64,000 bases of DNA, from the NCBI RefSeq assembly GCF_009914755.1, contig NC_060932.1; one strand, 5' to 3'. The position numbers and the translations under genes were made by a program. Position 1 is the first letter of the stretch; each line of letters begins with the position of its first letter. The DNA is from the human T2T-CHM13v2.0 reference genome, Homo sapiens. Under the pieces are notes generated by a model, which did not search any database, had not been told where the DNA came from, and saw only the letters and a program-made list of their open reading frames with translations. Shown piece after piece: positions 26,433 through 37,500 of the stretch.

Positions 26433-26600
26433 TGTTGAAATAGCTAGAAGAGAAGATTTGGAATGGTCTTAGTACAAGAAATAGTGAATGTCTGAGGTGA
26501 TGGATATCCCATTTACCCTGATTTGATTATTACACATTGTAAGCATGTACCAAAATATCACACGTACCCCCAAAATACAACTACTATGTATCAAATAAGA
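26433..26600 (+). mobile_element. Short 5'-truncated L1 3' end (L1MA-like) within a 383-nt intron
   Basis: aaatagctagaagagaagatttg...tgaggtgatggatatccc...taccctgatttgattattacacattgta; flanked by aatacattaacta / aatgcattaacta. Confidence 0.88.
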
Positions 26601-26644
26601 AATGCATTAACTAATAGTGGCCATGTTTATTCAATATTTTCCAG

Positions 26645-26845
26645 TTCTATCAATGTCCTTATTGTAACTACAATAGTAGGGACCAAAGTCGTATCCAGAT
26701 GCACGTCCTATCACAGCACTCGGTGCAGCCGGTCATCTGCTGTCCTCTCTGTCAGGACGTCCTCAGCAACAAAATGCATCTCCAACTGCATCTGACGCAT
26801 TTGCACAGTGTGTCTTCAGACTGTGTGGAGAAGCTGCTTATGACA
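26645..26845 (+). CDS. ZFHX4: ZFHX4 internal coding exon, 201 nt, phase 0-0, two C2H2 zinc fingers (probably exon 8)
   Basis: Acceptor ttttccag|ttc and donor aca|gtaagg; reads [25 protein letters not shown]...[22 protein letters not shown]...LLMT. Confidence 0.96.
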
Positions 26846-27377
26846 GTAAGGATACCAAATATTGATGCATGTGTGACATAATCTGTGTCAGGAATATCAA
26901 TATAAAATCTGTAATTATTGGTTTATGGAAATGTATTTCTTCAGAGCTAATTAAAGCTCTGTTATTGCTCGTGTTATAGTAGTCACACTCAAGGCCCATT
27001 TGTGACCTCTTTTGCTTGGAAAAAAATATGGTACAAGGCATAGCTTAGTAAAGAACATTATTTTGCAGTCTTCTTTTTATATCTATAATGTTCATCAAAT
27101 AACCCCAGTGGGCACCTTGCATTTCAAACTTGCTTCATTATCATTATAAAAAAATAAACCTACAGGAACCTTTAAGCCATAATAATAATAATACAACATT
27201 GCCACAGCATTGATCTAAAGTGGCAAGGTGTGGCATTGATCTGTAACATCTGCAAAACATCCCTGCTTTGGCTAAAATAAACAAATGTAAGTGGGATATG
27301 CTACCAGCAAAAGAGAGATGTGATGGAATTTGTGATTTCTGGGGTACATTTAACATAAACCCCTTTGGTTTCCAAAG

Positions 27378-27495
27378 GTGCCTGTCCCTGATGTGATGAT
27401 GCCAAACAGTATGCTACTGCCAGCAGCTGCCTCTGAGAAATCAGAGCGGGACACACCTGCAGCCGTGACAGCTGAGGGGTCTGGGAAATATTCAG
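27378..27495 (+). CDS. ZFHX4: ZFHX4 internal coding exon, 118 nt, phase 0-1 (probably exon 9)
   Basis: Acceptor tttccaaag|gtg and donor tcag|gtatgc; reads VPVPDVMMPNSMLLPAAASEKSERDTPAAVTAEGSGKYS(G); phases link the flanking exons exactly. Confidence 0.92.
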
Positions 27496-27789
27496 GTATG
27501 CCATCTTATCATCAAGACTTGTGAACAATACGCTTAGGGGCTTTGCATTTGTGGTGGTGCCCAAAGATTATTACTATCAAAAGATTTTCGTAAAGCATAG
27601 GGGAAAAATGTATGCCATTTCAAAGAGCCATATTTTCCAAGGCATATTTTGTGTCTGGTTATCTGTAAGTGACCTCAGGGGACCCAAGTGTCAGACACCC
27701 AGGAAAATTCTGTGTGATCTAATTCATGAACACCAAGGGATGGCCCTTAGTATCACACTAATTGCAGCAAGCTCTAATGACCTTTGACT

Positions 27790-27922
27790 TGCTTTCTTCC
27801 CTTTTCTGTAATTTCTTGAGGCCAGCGGTGATTTCTTGTTTGCCTTTATATCCCCAGTACCCAGTCCAGTGCTTGCCACATAGTAGTTGCTCAGTAAACA
27901 TTTATTCAAACAATTAATTAAG
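27790..27922 (+). mobile_element. L2 LINE 3' end
   Basis: tatatccccagtacccag..cagtgcttgccacatagtagttgctcagtaaacatttatt. Confidence 0.75.
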
Positions 27923-28018
27923 CAGAAGCCTTTAGAGGCTACTATTTATAATATTAATTAATATTTAAGGAGTAGGTTTTCTTATTGTAAGAGAGATGTT
28001 TGTGCTTTTTCCTAATAG

Positions 28019-31000
28019 GTGAAAGTCCAATGGATGACAAAAGCATGGCAGGTCTCGAGGATTCAAAGGCTAATGTGGAAGTAAAGAATGAGGAGCAGAA
28101 ACCGACTAAAGAACCCTTGGAAGTCTCAGAATGGAATAAAAATAGCAGTAAGGATGTGAAAATCCCCGACACACTGCAAGATCAATTAAATGAACAGCAA
28201 AAAAGGCAACCGCTCTCTGTTTCTGACCGTCATGTCTACAAGTATCGCTGTAACCATTGTAGCTTGGCTTTCAAAACTATGCAGAAGCTTCAGATACATT
28301 CCCAGTATCATGCAATTCGGGCTGCGACAATGTGTAACCTCTGCCAGCGCAGTTTCCGTACATTCCAGGCTTTAAAAAAACACTTGGAAGCAGGCCACCC
28401 TGAACTGAGTGAAGCTGAACTTCAACAGCTATATGCCTCCTTGCCCGTGAATGGAGAACTGTGGGCAGAGAGCGAAACTATGTCCCAGGATGACCATGGC
28501 CTAGAGCAGGAAATGGAGAGAGAGTATGAGGTGGACCACGAAGGGAAAGCAAGTCCTGTAGGAAGTGATAGTAGCTCTATTCCAGATGACATGGGCTCTG
28601 AACCAAAGCGGACCTTACCTTTTAGAAAAGGGCCCAATTTTACGATGGAAAAATTCCTTGATCCATCTCGTCCATATAAATGTACAGTGTGTAAAGAGTC
28701 ATTCACCCAAAAGAACATTCTCTTGGTCCACTATAATTCAGTTTCTCACTTGCATAAGCTGAAAAAAGTTTTGCAGGAAGCCTCCAGTCCTGTCCCACAA
28801 GAAACCAACAGCAACACAGATAACAAACCCTACAAGTGCAGCATCTGCAATGTTGCATACAGCCAAAGCTCAACATTGGAAATCCACATGAGGTCTGTGC
28901 TCCACCAGACAAAGGCTAGGGCTGCAAAGCTGGAGCCCAGTGGTCATGTGGCTGGTGGGCACAGCATTGCAGCAAATGTCAACAGCCCTGGCCAGGGGAT
29001 GTTAGATTCCATGAGTTTAGCAGCTGTAAACAGCAAAGATACCCATTTAGATGCCAAAGAATTAAATAAAAAGCAAACTCCTGATTTAATCTCTGCTCAA
29101 CCTGCACATCACCCACCACAGTCACCAGCACAAATTCAGATGCAACTACAGCACGAATTACAACAGCAAGCCGCATTCTTTCAGCCTCAGTTTCTAAACC
29201 CAGCCTTTTTGCCTCATTTTCCTATGACCCCAGAAGCACTGCTGCAGTTTCAGCAGCCTCAGTTTCTCTTTCCATTTTATATACCTGGGACGGAGTTCAG
29301 CTTGGGGCCAGATTTGGGCTTGCCAGGCTCTGCCACATTTGGGATGCCTGGCATGACAGGAATGGCTGGCTCCTTGCTTGAAGACCTAAAGCAGCAGATT
29401 CAAACCCAACATCACGTTGGTCAAACTCAACTCCAGATACTACAGCAACAAGCACAACAATACCAAGCCACACAGCCCCAGCTGCAGCCTCAAAAACAAC
29501 AGCAGCAGCCACCACCTCCACAGCAGCAGCAGCAACAGCAGGCAAGCAAATTATTGAAACAAGAGCAAAGTAACATAGTGAGTGCAGACTGCCAAATCAT
29601 GAAGGATGTGCCATCTTATAAGGAGGCAGAAGATATTTCTGAAAAGCCAGAAAAACCAAAGCAGGAATTTATAAGTGAAGGTGAAGGACTCAAAGAAGGC
29701 AAAGACACAAAGAAGCAAAAATCCTTGGAACCATCCATCCCACCACCCCGAATAGCTTCAGGGGCCAGAGGAAATGCTGCCAAAGCGTTATTGGAAAACT
29801 TTGGTTTTGAACTGGTCATTCAGTATAACGAAAACAGGCAGAAGGTACAGAAGAAGGGCAAAAGTGGTGAAGGCGAAAACACTGACAAACTAGAATGTGG
29901 AACATGTGGTAAATTGTTTTCCAATGTTCTTATTTTAAAGAGTCACCAAGAACATGTACATGGGCAATTTTTTCCATATGCAGCGCTAGAAAAATTTGCT
30001 CGTCAATACAGGGAGGCCTATGACAAGCTTTATCCAATTTCTCCATCTTCTCCAGAAACGCCGCCCCCGCCACCTCCTCCTCCTCCCTTGCCTCCGGCTC
30101 CTCCACAGCCTTCTTCTATGGGTCCTGTAAAGATCCCCAACACGGTTTCTACTCCTCTGCAAGCTCCACCACCCACTCCTCCCCCACCACCACCACCTCC
30201 TCCTCCTCCTCCTCCTCCCCCCCCACCTCCTCCACCTTCTGCTCCTCCACAGGTCCAACTGCCGGTTTCTCTGGACCTGCCGCTCTTTCCTTCCATTATG
30301 ATGCAACCTGTGCAACACCCTGCGCTTCCTCCCCAGCTTGCCCTGCAGCTGCCACAGATGGACGCACTCTCTGCAGACCTCACCCAACTTTGCCAGCAGC
30401 AGCTCGGATTAGATCCCAACTTCTTAAGACATTCTCAGTTCAAACGCCCACGGACAAGAATTACAGATGATCAGCTAAAAATCCTGAGGGCTTATTTTGA
30501 CATTAATAATTCTCCAAGTGAAGAACAGATCCAGGAAATGGCAGAGAAATCTGGCCTCTCCCAAAAAGTTATCAAACACTGGTTTAGAAATACGCTTTTT
30601 AAGGAACGACAGAGAAATAAAGATTCACCATACAACTTCAGTAACCCTCCTATAACGGTTTTAGAAGATATCAGAATTGATCCACAGCCCACCTCTTTAG
30701 AACATTACAAATCTGATGCATCATTCAGTAAAAGGTCTTCTAGAACGAGATTTACTGACTACCAGCTTAGGGTTCTGCAAGACTTTTTTGACACAAACGC
30801 TTACCCAAAAGATGATGAAATAGAACAACTCTCCACTGTTCTCAATCTGCCTACCCGGGTTATTGTTGTATGGTTCCAGAATGCTCGTCAGAAAGCACGA
30901 AAGAGTTATGAGAATCAAGCAGAAACAAAAGATAATGAAAAAAGAGAACTCACTAATGAACGGTACATTCGAACAAGCAACATGCAGTACCAGTGTAAAA

Positions 31001-33433
31001 AGTGCAATGTGGTTTTCCCCAGGATCTTTGACTTGATTACGCATCAGAAAAAGCAGTGTTACAAGGATGAAGATGATGATGCCCAAGATGAAAGCCAAAC
31101 AGAAGACTCCATGGATGCCACTGATCAAGTGGTATACAAGCATTGCACAGTGTCTGGCCAAACGGATGCAGCTAAAAACGCTGCTGCCCCTGCAGCAAGT
31201 TCTGGCTCTGGGACCAGCACCCCCCTGATTCCATCACCCAAACCAGAACCTGAGAAGACTTCTCCAAAACCTGAATATCCCGCAGAAAAGCCAAAGCAGA
31301 GTGACCCCTCTCCCCCTTCTCAAGGCACCAAACCAGCCCTGCCATTAGCATCGACTTCCTCGGACCCACCACAGGCATCCACAGCCCAGCCACAGCCACA
31401 GCCACAGCCACCAAAACAACCCCAACTTATCGGAAGACCTCCCTCGGCCTCTCAAACACCGGTCCCTTCCAGTCCACTGCAAATTTCCATGACGTCTCTC
31501 CAGAACAGTCTACCTCCACAGTTACTACAATACCAATGTGATCAGTGTACAGTTGCCTTCCCAACTCTGGAACTCTGGCAGGAACACCAGCACATGCACT
31601 TCCTTGCTGCTCAAAACCAATTCCTTCACTCTCCGTTCTTGGAAAGGCCCATGGACATGCCCTACATGATATTTGACCCCAACAATCCGCTGATGACTGG
31701 ACAACTGCTGGGCAGTTCCCTCACTCAAATGCCCCCTCAGGCCAGTTCCTCCCACACCACAGCCCCCACAACGGTTGCTGCTTCCCTAAAAAGGAAACTA
31801 GACGATAAAGAAGATAATAATTGCAGTGAAAAAGAAGGAGGGAATAGCGGTGAAGACCAACACCGAGATAAACGCTTGAGAACCACGATCACCCCGGAAC
31901 AGCTGGAAATACTCTATGAAAAATACTTGCTGGATTCCAATCCTACCAGAAAAATGCTTGATCATATTGCCCGCGAAGTCGGGCTGAAAAAAAGGGTCGT
32001 GCAAGTCTGGTTCCAGAATACACGAGCGCGGGAGAGGAAAGGCCAGTTCCGGGCGGTGGGTCCAGCACAGTCTCATAAACGGTGTCCGTTTTGCCGAGCC
32101 CTGTTTAAAGCAAAGTCGGCCTTAGAAAGCCACATTCGCTCTCGGCACTGGAATGAAGGAAAGCAGGCAGGTTACAGCTTGCCACCAAGCCCTTTAATAT
32201 CCACCGAAGATGGGGGAGAAAGCCCACAGAAATACATCTATTTTGATTACCCATCTTTGCCATTAACTAAAATTGATCTATCAAGTGAGAATGAATTGGC
32301 TTCTACAGTGTCAACACCTGTTAGTAAAACAGCAGAGCTGTCACCGAAGAATCTTTTAAGCCCTTCTTCTTTTAAAGCAGAGTGTTCTGAGGATGTAGAG
32401 AATTTAAATGCCCCTCCTGCTGAGGCTGGGTATGATCAAAATAAAACCGATTTTGATGAGACTTCATCGATTAATACGGCAATCAGTGACGCCACCACCG
32501 GAGACGAGGGAAACACTGAAATGGAAAGCACCACAGGAAGTTCCGGAGATGTGAAACCGGCTTTGTCTCCCAAAGAGCCAAAAACTCTGGATACTCTGCC
32601 AAAACCTGCAACCACACCTACCACGGAGGTCTGCGATGACAAATTTCTCTTTTCTCTCACAAGCCCATCCATCCATTTCAATGACAAAGATGGCGACCAC
32701 GACCAAAGCTTTTACATCACAGATGACCCGGATGACAACGCCGACCGCAGCGAAACGTCCAGCATAGCGGACCCGAGCTCCCCAAATCCATTCGGATCCA
32801 GCAATCCCTTTAAATCCAAAAGTAATGATCGGCCGGGTCACAAGCGTTTTCGAACGCAAATGAGCAATCTTCAACTCAAGGTTCTCAAGGCTTGCTTTAG
32901 TGACTACCGAACTCCAACCATGCAAGAATGTGAAATGTTAGGGAATGAGATTGGTCTGCCCAAACGCGTAGTCCAGGTGTGGTTCCAAAATGCAAGGGCA
33001 AAGGAAAAGAAATTTAAAATTAACATAGGGAAGCCTTTCATGATCAATCAAGGCGGAACGGAAGGCACCAAACCAGAGTGTACCCTCTGCGGGGTGAAGT
33101 ACTCTGCCCGCTTGTCCATCAGAGATCACATTTTCTCCAAACAGCACATTTCAAAAGTGAGGGAGACCGTTGGCAGTCAGCTCGATCGGGAGAAAGATTA
33201 CTTGGCTCCGACCACGGTTCGGCAGCTGATGGCACAGCAAGAACTTGATCGTATAAAGAAAGCTTCAGACGTGCTGGGCTTGACGGTACAGCAGCCAGGC
33301 ATGATGGACAGCAGTTCTCTCCACGGCATCAGCCTGCCAACAGCCTACCCCGGACTCCCCGGCCTTCCTCCAGTCCTTCTCCCCGGAATGAACGGTCCAT
33401 CCTCCTTGCCGGGATTTCCACAAAATTCAAACA
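28019..33433 (+). CDS. ZFHX4: ZFHX4 giant internal exon, 5415 nt, phase 1-1: C2H2 fingers, Q/P-rich tracts and four homeodomains (probably exon 10)
   Basis: 1820-aa ORF 28000..33462; acceptor cctaatag|gt and donor aaca|gtaagt; homeodomains begin near 30442 ([12 protein letters not shown]), 30730 ([12 protein letters not shown]), 31870 ([12 protein letters not shown]) and 32842 ([12 protein letters not shown]). Confidence 0.98.
30061..30250 (+). repeat. Coding CCN repeats (polyproline tracts)
   Basis: cct/cca/ccc runs translating to long proline stretches. Confidence 0.95.
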
Positions 33434-34481
33434 GTAAGTCATTTAAAGGAGACTCAGTCTAGTTAATTAAGTAGCATCAGGTAGACAGTCACATGTAACC
33501 AAGAACGGGGTGCCTTTGGATTTCTTTTAATTTCAGCTAGTGAAATCAATACATTATTTAAAGTATATATTATATTGGCTATAGCTAATTACCAGGAAGT
33601 AGGTCAACCTGAAACACACACAGAAAAATAAAGACTAGGTAGATCACAGCAGATTCTCAGATATATATTAATTATTTGTATCATTACAGCTCCATGTCAT
33701 AGAAATATTTTATTTTTATACTAATTTCAATCTTGATTTCAGATGGCATTCCAGCACTCACATGTGGCTTAGTATTTGGTACACATATTAAGAAAAATGA
33801 AACATTAAATAATATATTTATTGGTATCTTAATTTATGTTCTTTCCAAGGGATGGGGTGGTGGTGTTTTTGTTTGTCCCCCCCGCCGCCACCCTGTGACA
33901 CCCAGAGTTCAAAAGTTGAGTCCTTCAGCCACAGGTATTCACCCACATGGTTCCTAGCAGATTAATAGGACTTATGTTTGAAGTTCAACAACTAAAAATA
34001 TGACTTCTGTGATAGCACAGAATTTAGCATTGCTATACAATTTTGAGTTTTGTAACATGCATTGCTACTTGTTATTTAAATAAATTCAGCAACCTTAGAA
34101 ATACATTAATATTACTTCATGCCTTTATTCCCTCACCCCTAGCCCCAGCTAAAGTTTCTACTTAAGGCATAACAAATTTGTAAAGCTGTTTGAGGCAACC
34201 TCAGATGCTGAATCTAATTGTGTGTTCATCAAAAGATATGCAGTTTGCACAGTTTAGATTTTGTGAATAAGTATAGGTATTCAATTATATTATGTTAAAG
34301 AAATGGAATATAACGTGCTAGCCAATCATGTAGCCAAAAATATAACGAAAGTTATATATCACCCAAAATAGGAAAACATGGTTCTTTTATAATTTAAGTA
34401 AGTTTTGTTTTCTAAATTATCAATGATTTTTTTCTTTTTAAAAGGAAAATTTAACATGTTAAAGGGACATCTAGAATTCAC

Positions 34482-34487
<6 letters not shown>

Positions 34488-34518
<31 letters not shown>
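34488..34518. repeat. (TA)n microsatellite
   Basis: Visible TA run. Confidence 0.95.
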
Positions 34519-34520
<2 letters not shown>

Positions 34521-37500
34521 ACATTTACAAAAAATAAGGAAAGCTTTTTTCATTTTTACAAGTTGAATTTTTACATGAATTTCAAACTTTTCAATTCCAT
34601 GATTTTCTTACAAAAAAACAAAATTGCCACTGTGATCTTAAGTTATTCCTATTTTAACTTTTAGTTTGGGAGGTGTGAAAACAATGACATCCTATGGCCC
34701 CTCAGCCACCGCTAGCTTACCTGGTTTTCTGTTCTGAGTCAGCTGGTTTTTGAGAGAAGCAGAATGGAACTATACATATAAAGAATGTCACCAAGAAAAT
34801 GTCTGCCATGTCCCTTCCTTGAACTGTCATACCAACTTCCCTCACCCCAAAGGTACTTTGGGCTTCATTATCTAGACAATTTTGGAGTCTTAAATATTAG
34901 AGCTATAATTAAGTGTTTTGGTTGTACATTTTATTTAAGTAAAATACAAGTGTTTGAAGAATAATGCAATGACAGATTTTTTTTTTTTTTTGCATATGGT
35001 ATGAGTCTTGTTATTTTCTGGTCCCATTTTATATACCACTGATTATTGACTCAGAAAAATATCTTATATGGAAAGATTTCTGTGATCAGTTAAGTAAAAT
35101 AGAAGAGTTTTGATATCTTTACATGGGCTGAAAACAGTTGAAATATCTGTACCTTTAATCTACAAGTCTACTTTGATTGATGATGACTGTGTTGTCATCC
35201 CAATAAGTGGTGGTCAAAGCATCTTGTTTTTTCTCCACTGAGTCTGAAGGCCTTTGTTCGGACAGTGGTCCTTCTGCCAACTGCTCTTTGGTCAGTCATT
35301 CTGATATGGGCGCCCAGAGGGCCTAGGTGAAAGAAAGTGAGAAAGGAGGAAAAGAGATGTTTATGAAATATTTAAATAGACTAATATTTTCCTCATTCTA
35401 TTCACCATAAATTATATCCTCTCCCAAAAATACAGGCCCTATTTGTAATAGCATTAGTGAGAAGATGTTGGAGGCAGTCACACCACGGATAGGAGTATCT
35501 TTAAACACACAAGGTACCCAGGAACTCAAATCTGTTATATCTGCTGCTTTATTAAATCGTGGACTGAAACAGACTGGGGAGTGTTATAAAGAGAAAAGCT
35601 CCATGAACATTGCTACCTACTGAAATTTTCAATTTCTCTCAACTTAGTCCTTTGTGAGAGATTTTAAACATTAACACAGCAGAATTACCAGTGGGGCCCC
35701 ACCTGAGCGCCTGAGTTCCTGCACTTTCAGTTCATGTCTTTATTAGGTTAATTTACTTATGGTGGGTAGTGCTGACTATTTCAACCAGCTCAGTAGAGCT
35801 GTGGTTCTCTATTTTCCCATGATCATTTTCTACTGTATTATCTGTCACCAAACAATTATCTTCTTTGCTTAATGGGAGAGATAAACATACCAGTTAAGGC
35901 AAAATCAAAAGAACATTATAAGTAAAATATTTCTGCGTTTCTTACAAGCCCTGGGCCGTTGCTACAATTTGTTATCAATATGAACATCTTTGAGAATATG
36001 ACAAGTTCCCCTTGGCTCCTTTTTAATAAGATTTAGTTATGGAAAAGCCTTCATTTTAAGGATGTCCCATCCCTTTGAAAGTAGGTTCCAAGATTTTGAT
36101 TAGAAGGAAATCACTAAAAATCGCTTCAGTGAATGTAAGATGAACATAAGAGTTTACTCAAAGGCTACGCCCCAAAATTAGCTTAATTGCAGTGTAAAAA
36201 TGTTCGGTTTTAGTATTTATCAACTTCTGAATTTCCTGATTTAAACATACACTTTATTTTATTTTGGGAGGTAGAATTGTTTTTCTGGTTGGATATCGGT
36301 TTTAATGCTCACAAAACTTTCTTATCTTCCAAGAAATCTGCAAATTTTTTATTCCTTCAAAATTACTAAGAAGGCCCTTTCAAGGGTAATATTCATCATG
36401 TATGCCTGCTTCCTAAACAGTGGCCAGCCCTGTGTTCAGTATCACTACCTACTATTGCTTTGCTCACTTTTTAATAGGATGAATTATTTTTTTCTTTAAT
36501 TTTTGTTCACATCCTAGTTTTTGTATCATGATCATACATAAAAAAGGGAAAATGGCCATAGAATATCAACGTATGTTTATATACCTGGAAAAATTAGAAA
36601 ACTTTAAATTTATATTTTATCCTTTAGAGTGTTAGCTGGCTTTGGGATTACACTCAAAGTGAATAAAAAAATTATTTGCTTTTCTATTTTTAACTTATTT
36701 ACTTTATCATTTTAAGCAGTGTCTGATTTTAAATGTTCCATTAGTGTTTGGAAATACTGCCTAAGCTGATTTCCTTAAATGGAACTTTAGAACATGCCTT
36801 TTGCATTTTTCTCATACTTTAATGTAATTTACTAGCACATTTGGGGTAAATGTAGATAAGAGTAAGTCCTTAATAATTTTAGCACAATTGTCTTTGGCCC
36901 CATGTACATAATTATTTTCATTTCCAACCTCAAATATAAACTTGAGGGACCTCAGTCAAAGAAACTTGGAGAAAATGAACTACATATGAGTGCGTTAAGA
37001 AGCAGGCATTTTCTTCTGAAAGTATTACTATCAGGACAAGGTAGCTATTTCAGAGAAAGAAAACCCAACAAAATGATGGTAGTATGAGATTATTTACAGA
37101 AACATTTTTAATTCTATGTGAAATTTCTGAGAACTGCAGTAGGAGTTGGGAAATGGGAAAGAATGTATATTTAACAGTATAACTAGATAAAAGATAAAAT
37201 TTGACACGCATTTAATTGTAAATTACCACCACTTACTCTACATCTCTATTGCTGTTCAGCTTTTCTCCTCTATTTCTGGTTTTCTGGCTACTGATATTTT
37301 TACTGCAAATTTTTATAGGCTTATTTATCTTACTAGTAAGCCAAATGCACATAGCTTATTATTCTTAATCTACATCTCTTTTCCCAAAATTTTTAGAGTA
37401 GCTCATTATTTAACTCAGCTTTTTGCCTCAAGATGTTGAATTTTTTTCAAAATTCCTGATAATCTTTGATCTAGGATTATTTGGGATTCCTATTGCAGTC

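Noticed and set aside
28000-28018. N-terminus MCFFLI of the 1820-aa ORF (and MLVCTLTV of the 506-aa ORF)
   Set aside because: These are intronic sequence upstream of the splice acceptors, not real start codons.
28422-33147. Many minus-strand ORFs, including poly-Gly/poly-Arg ones at 29986-30419
   Set aside because: Antisense shadows of a long coding exon and its CCN repeats, with no independent gene signals.
35243-35290. Possible 48-nt cryptic stop-containing exon in the last intron (ctgag| ... ttg|gtcagt)
   Set aside because: The GAG acceptor is disfavoured and such site pairs are common by chance; there is no support without RNA data.
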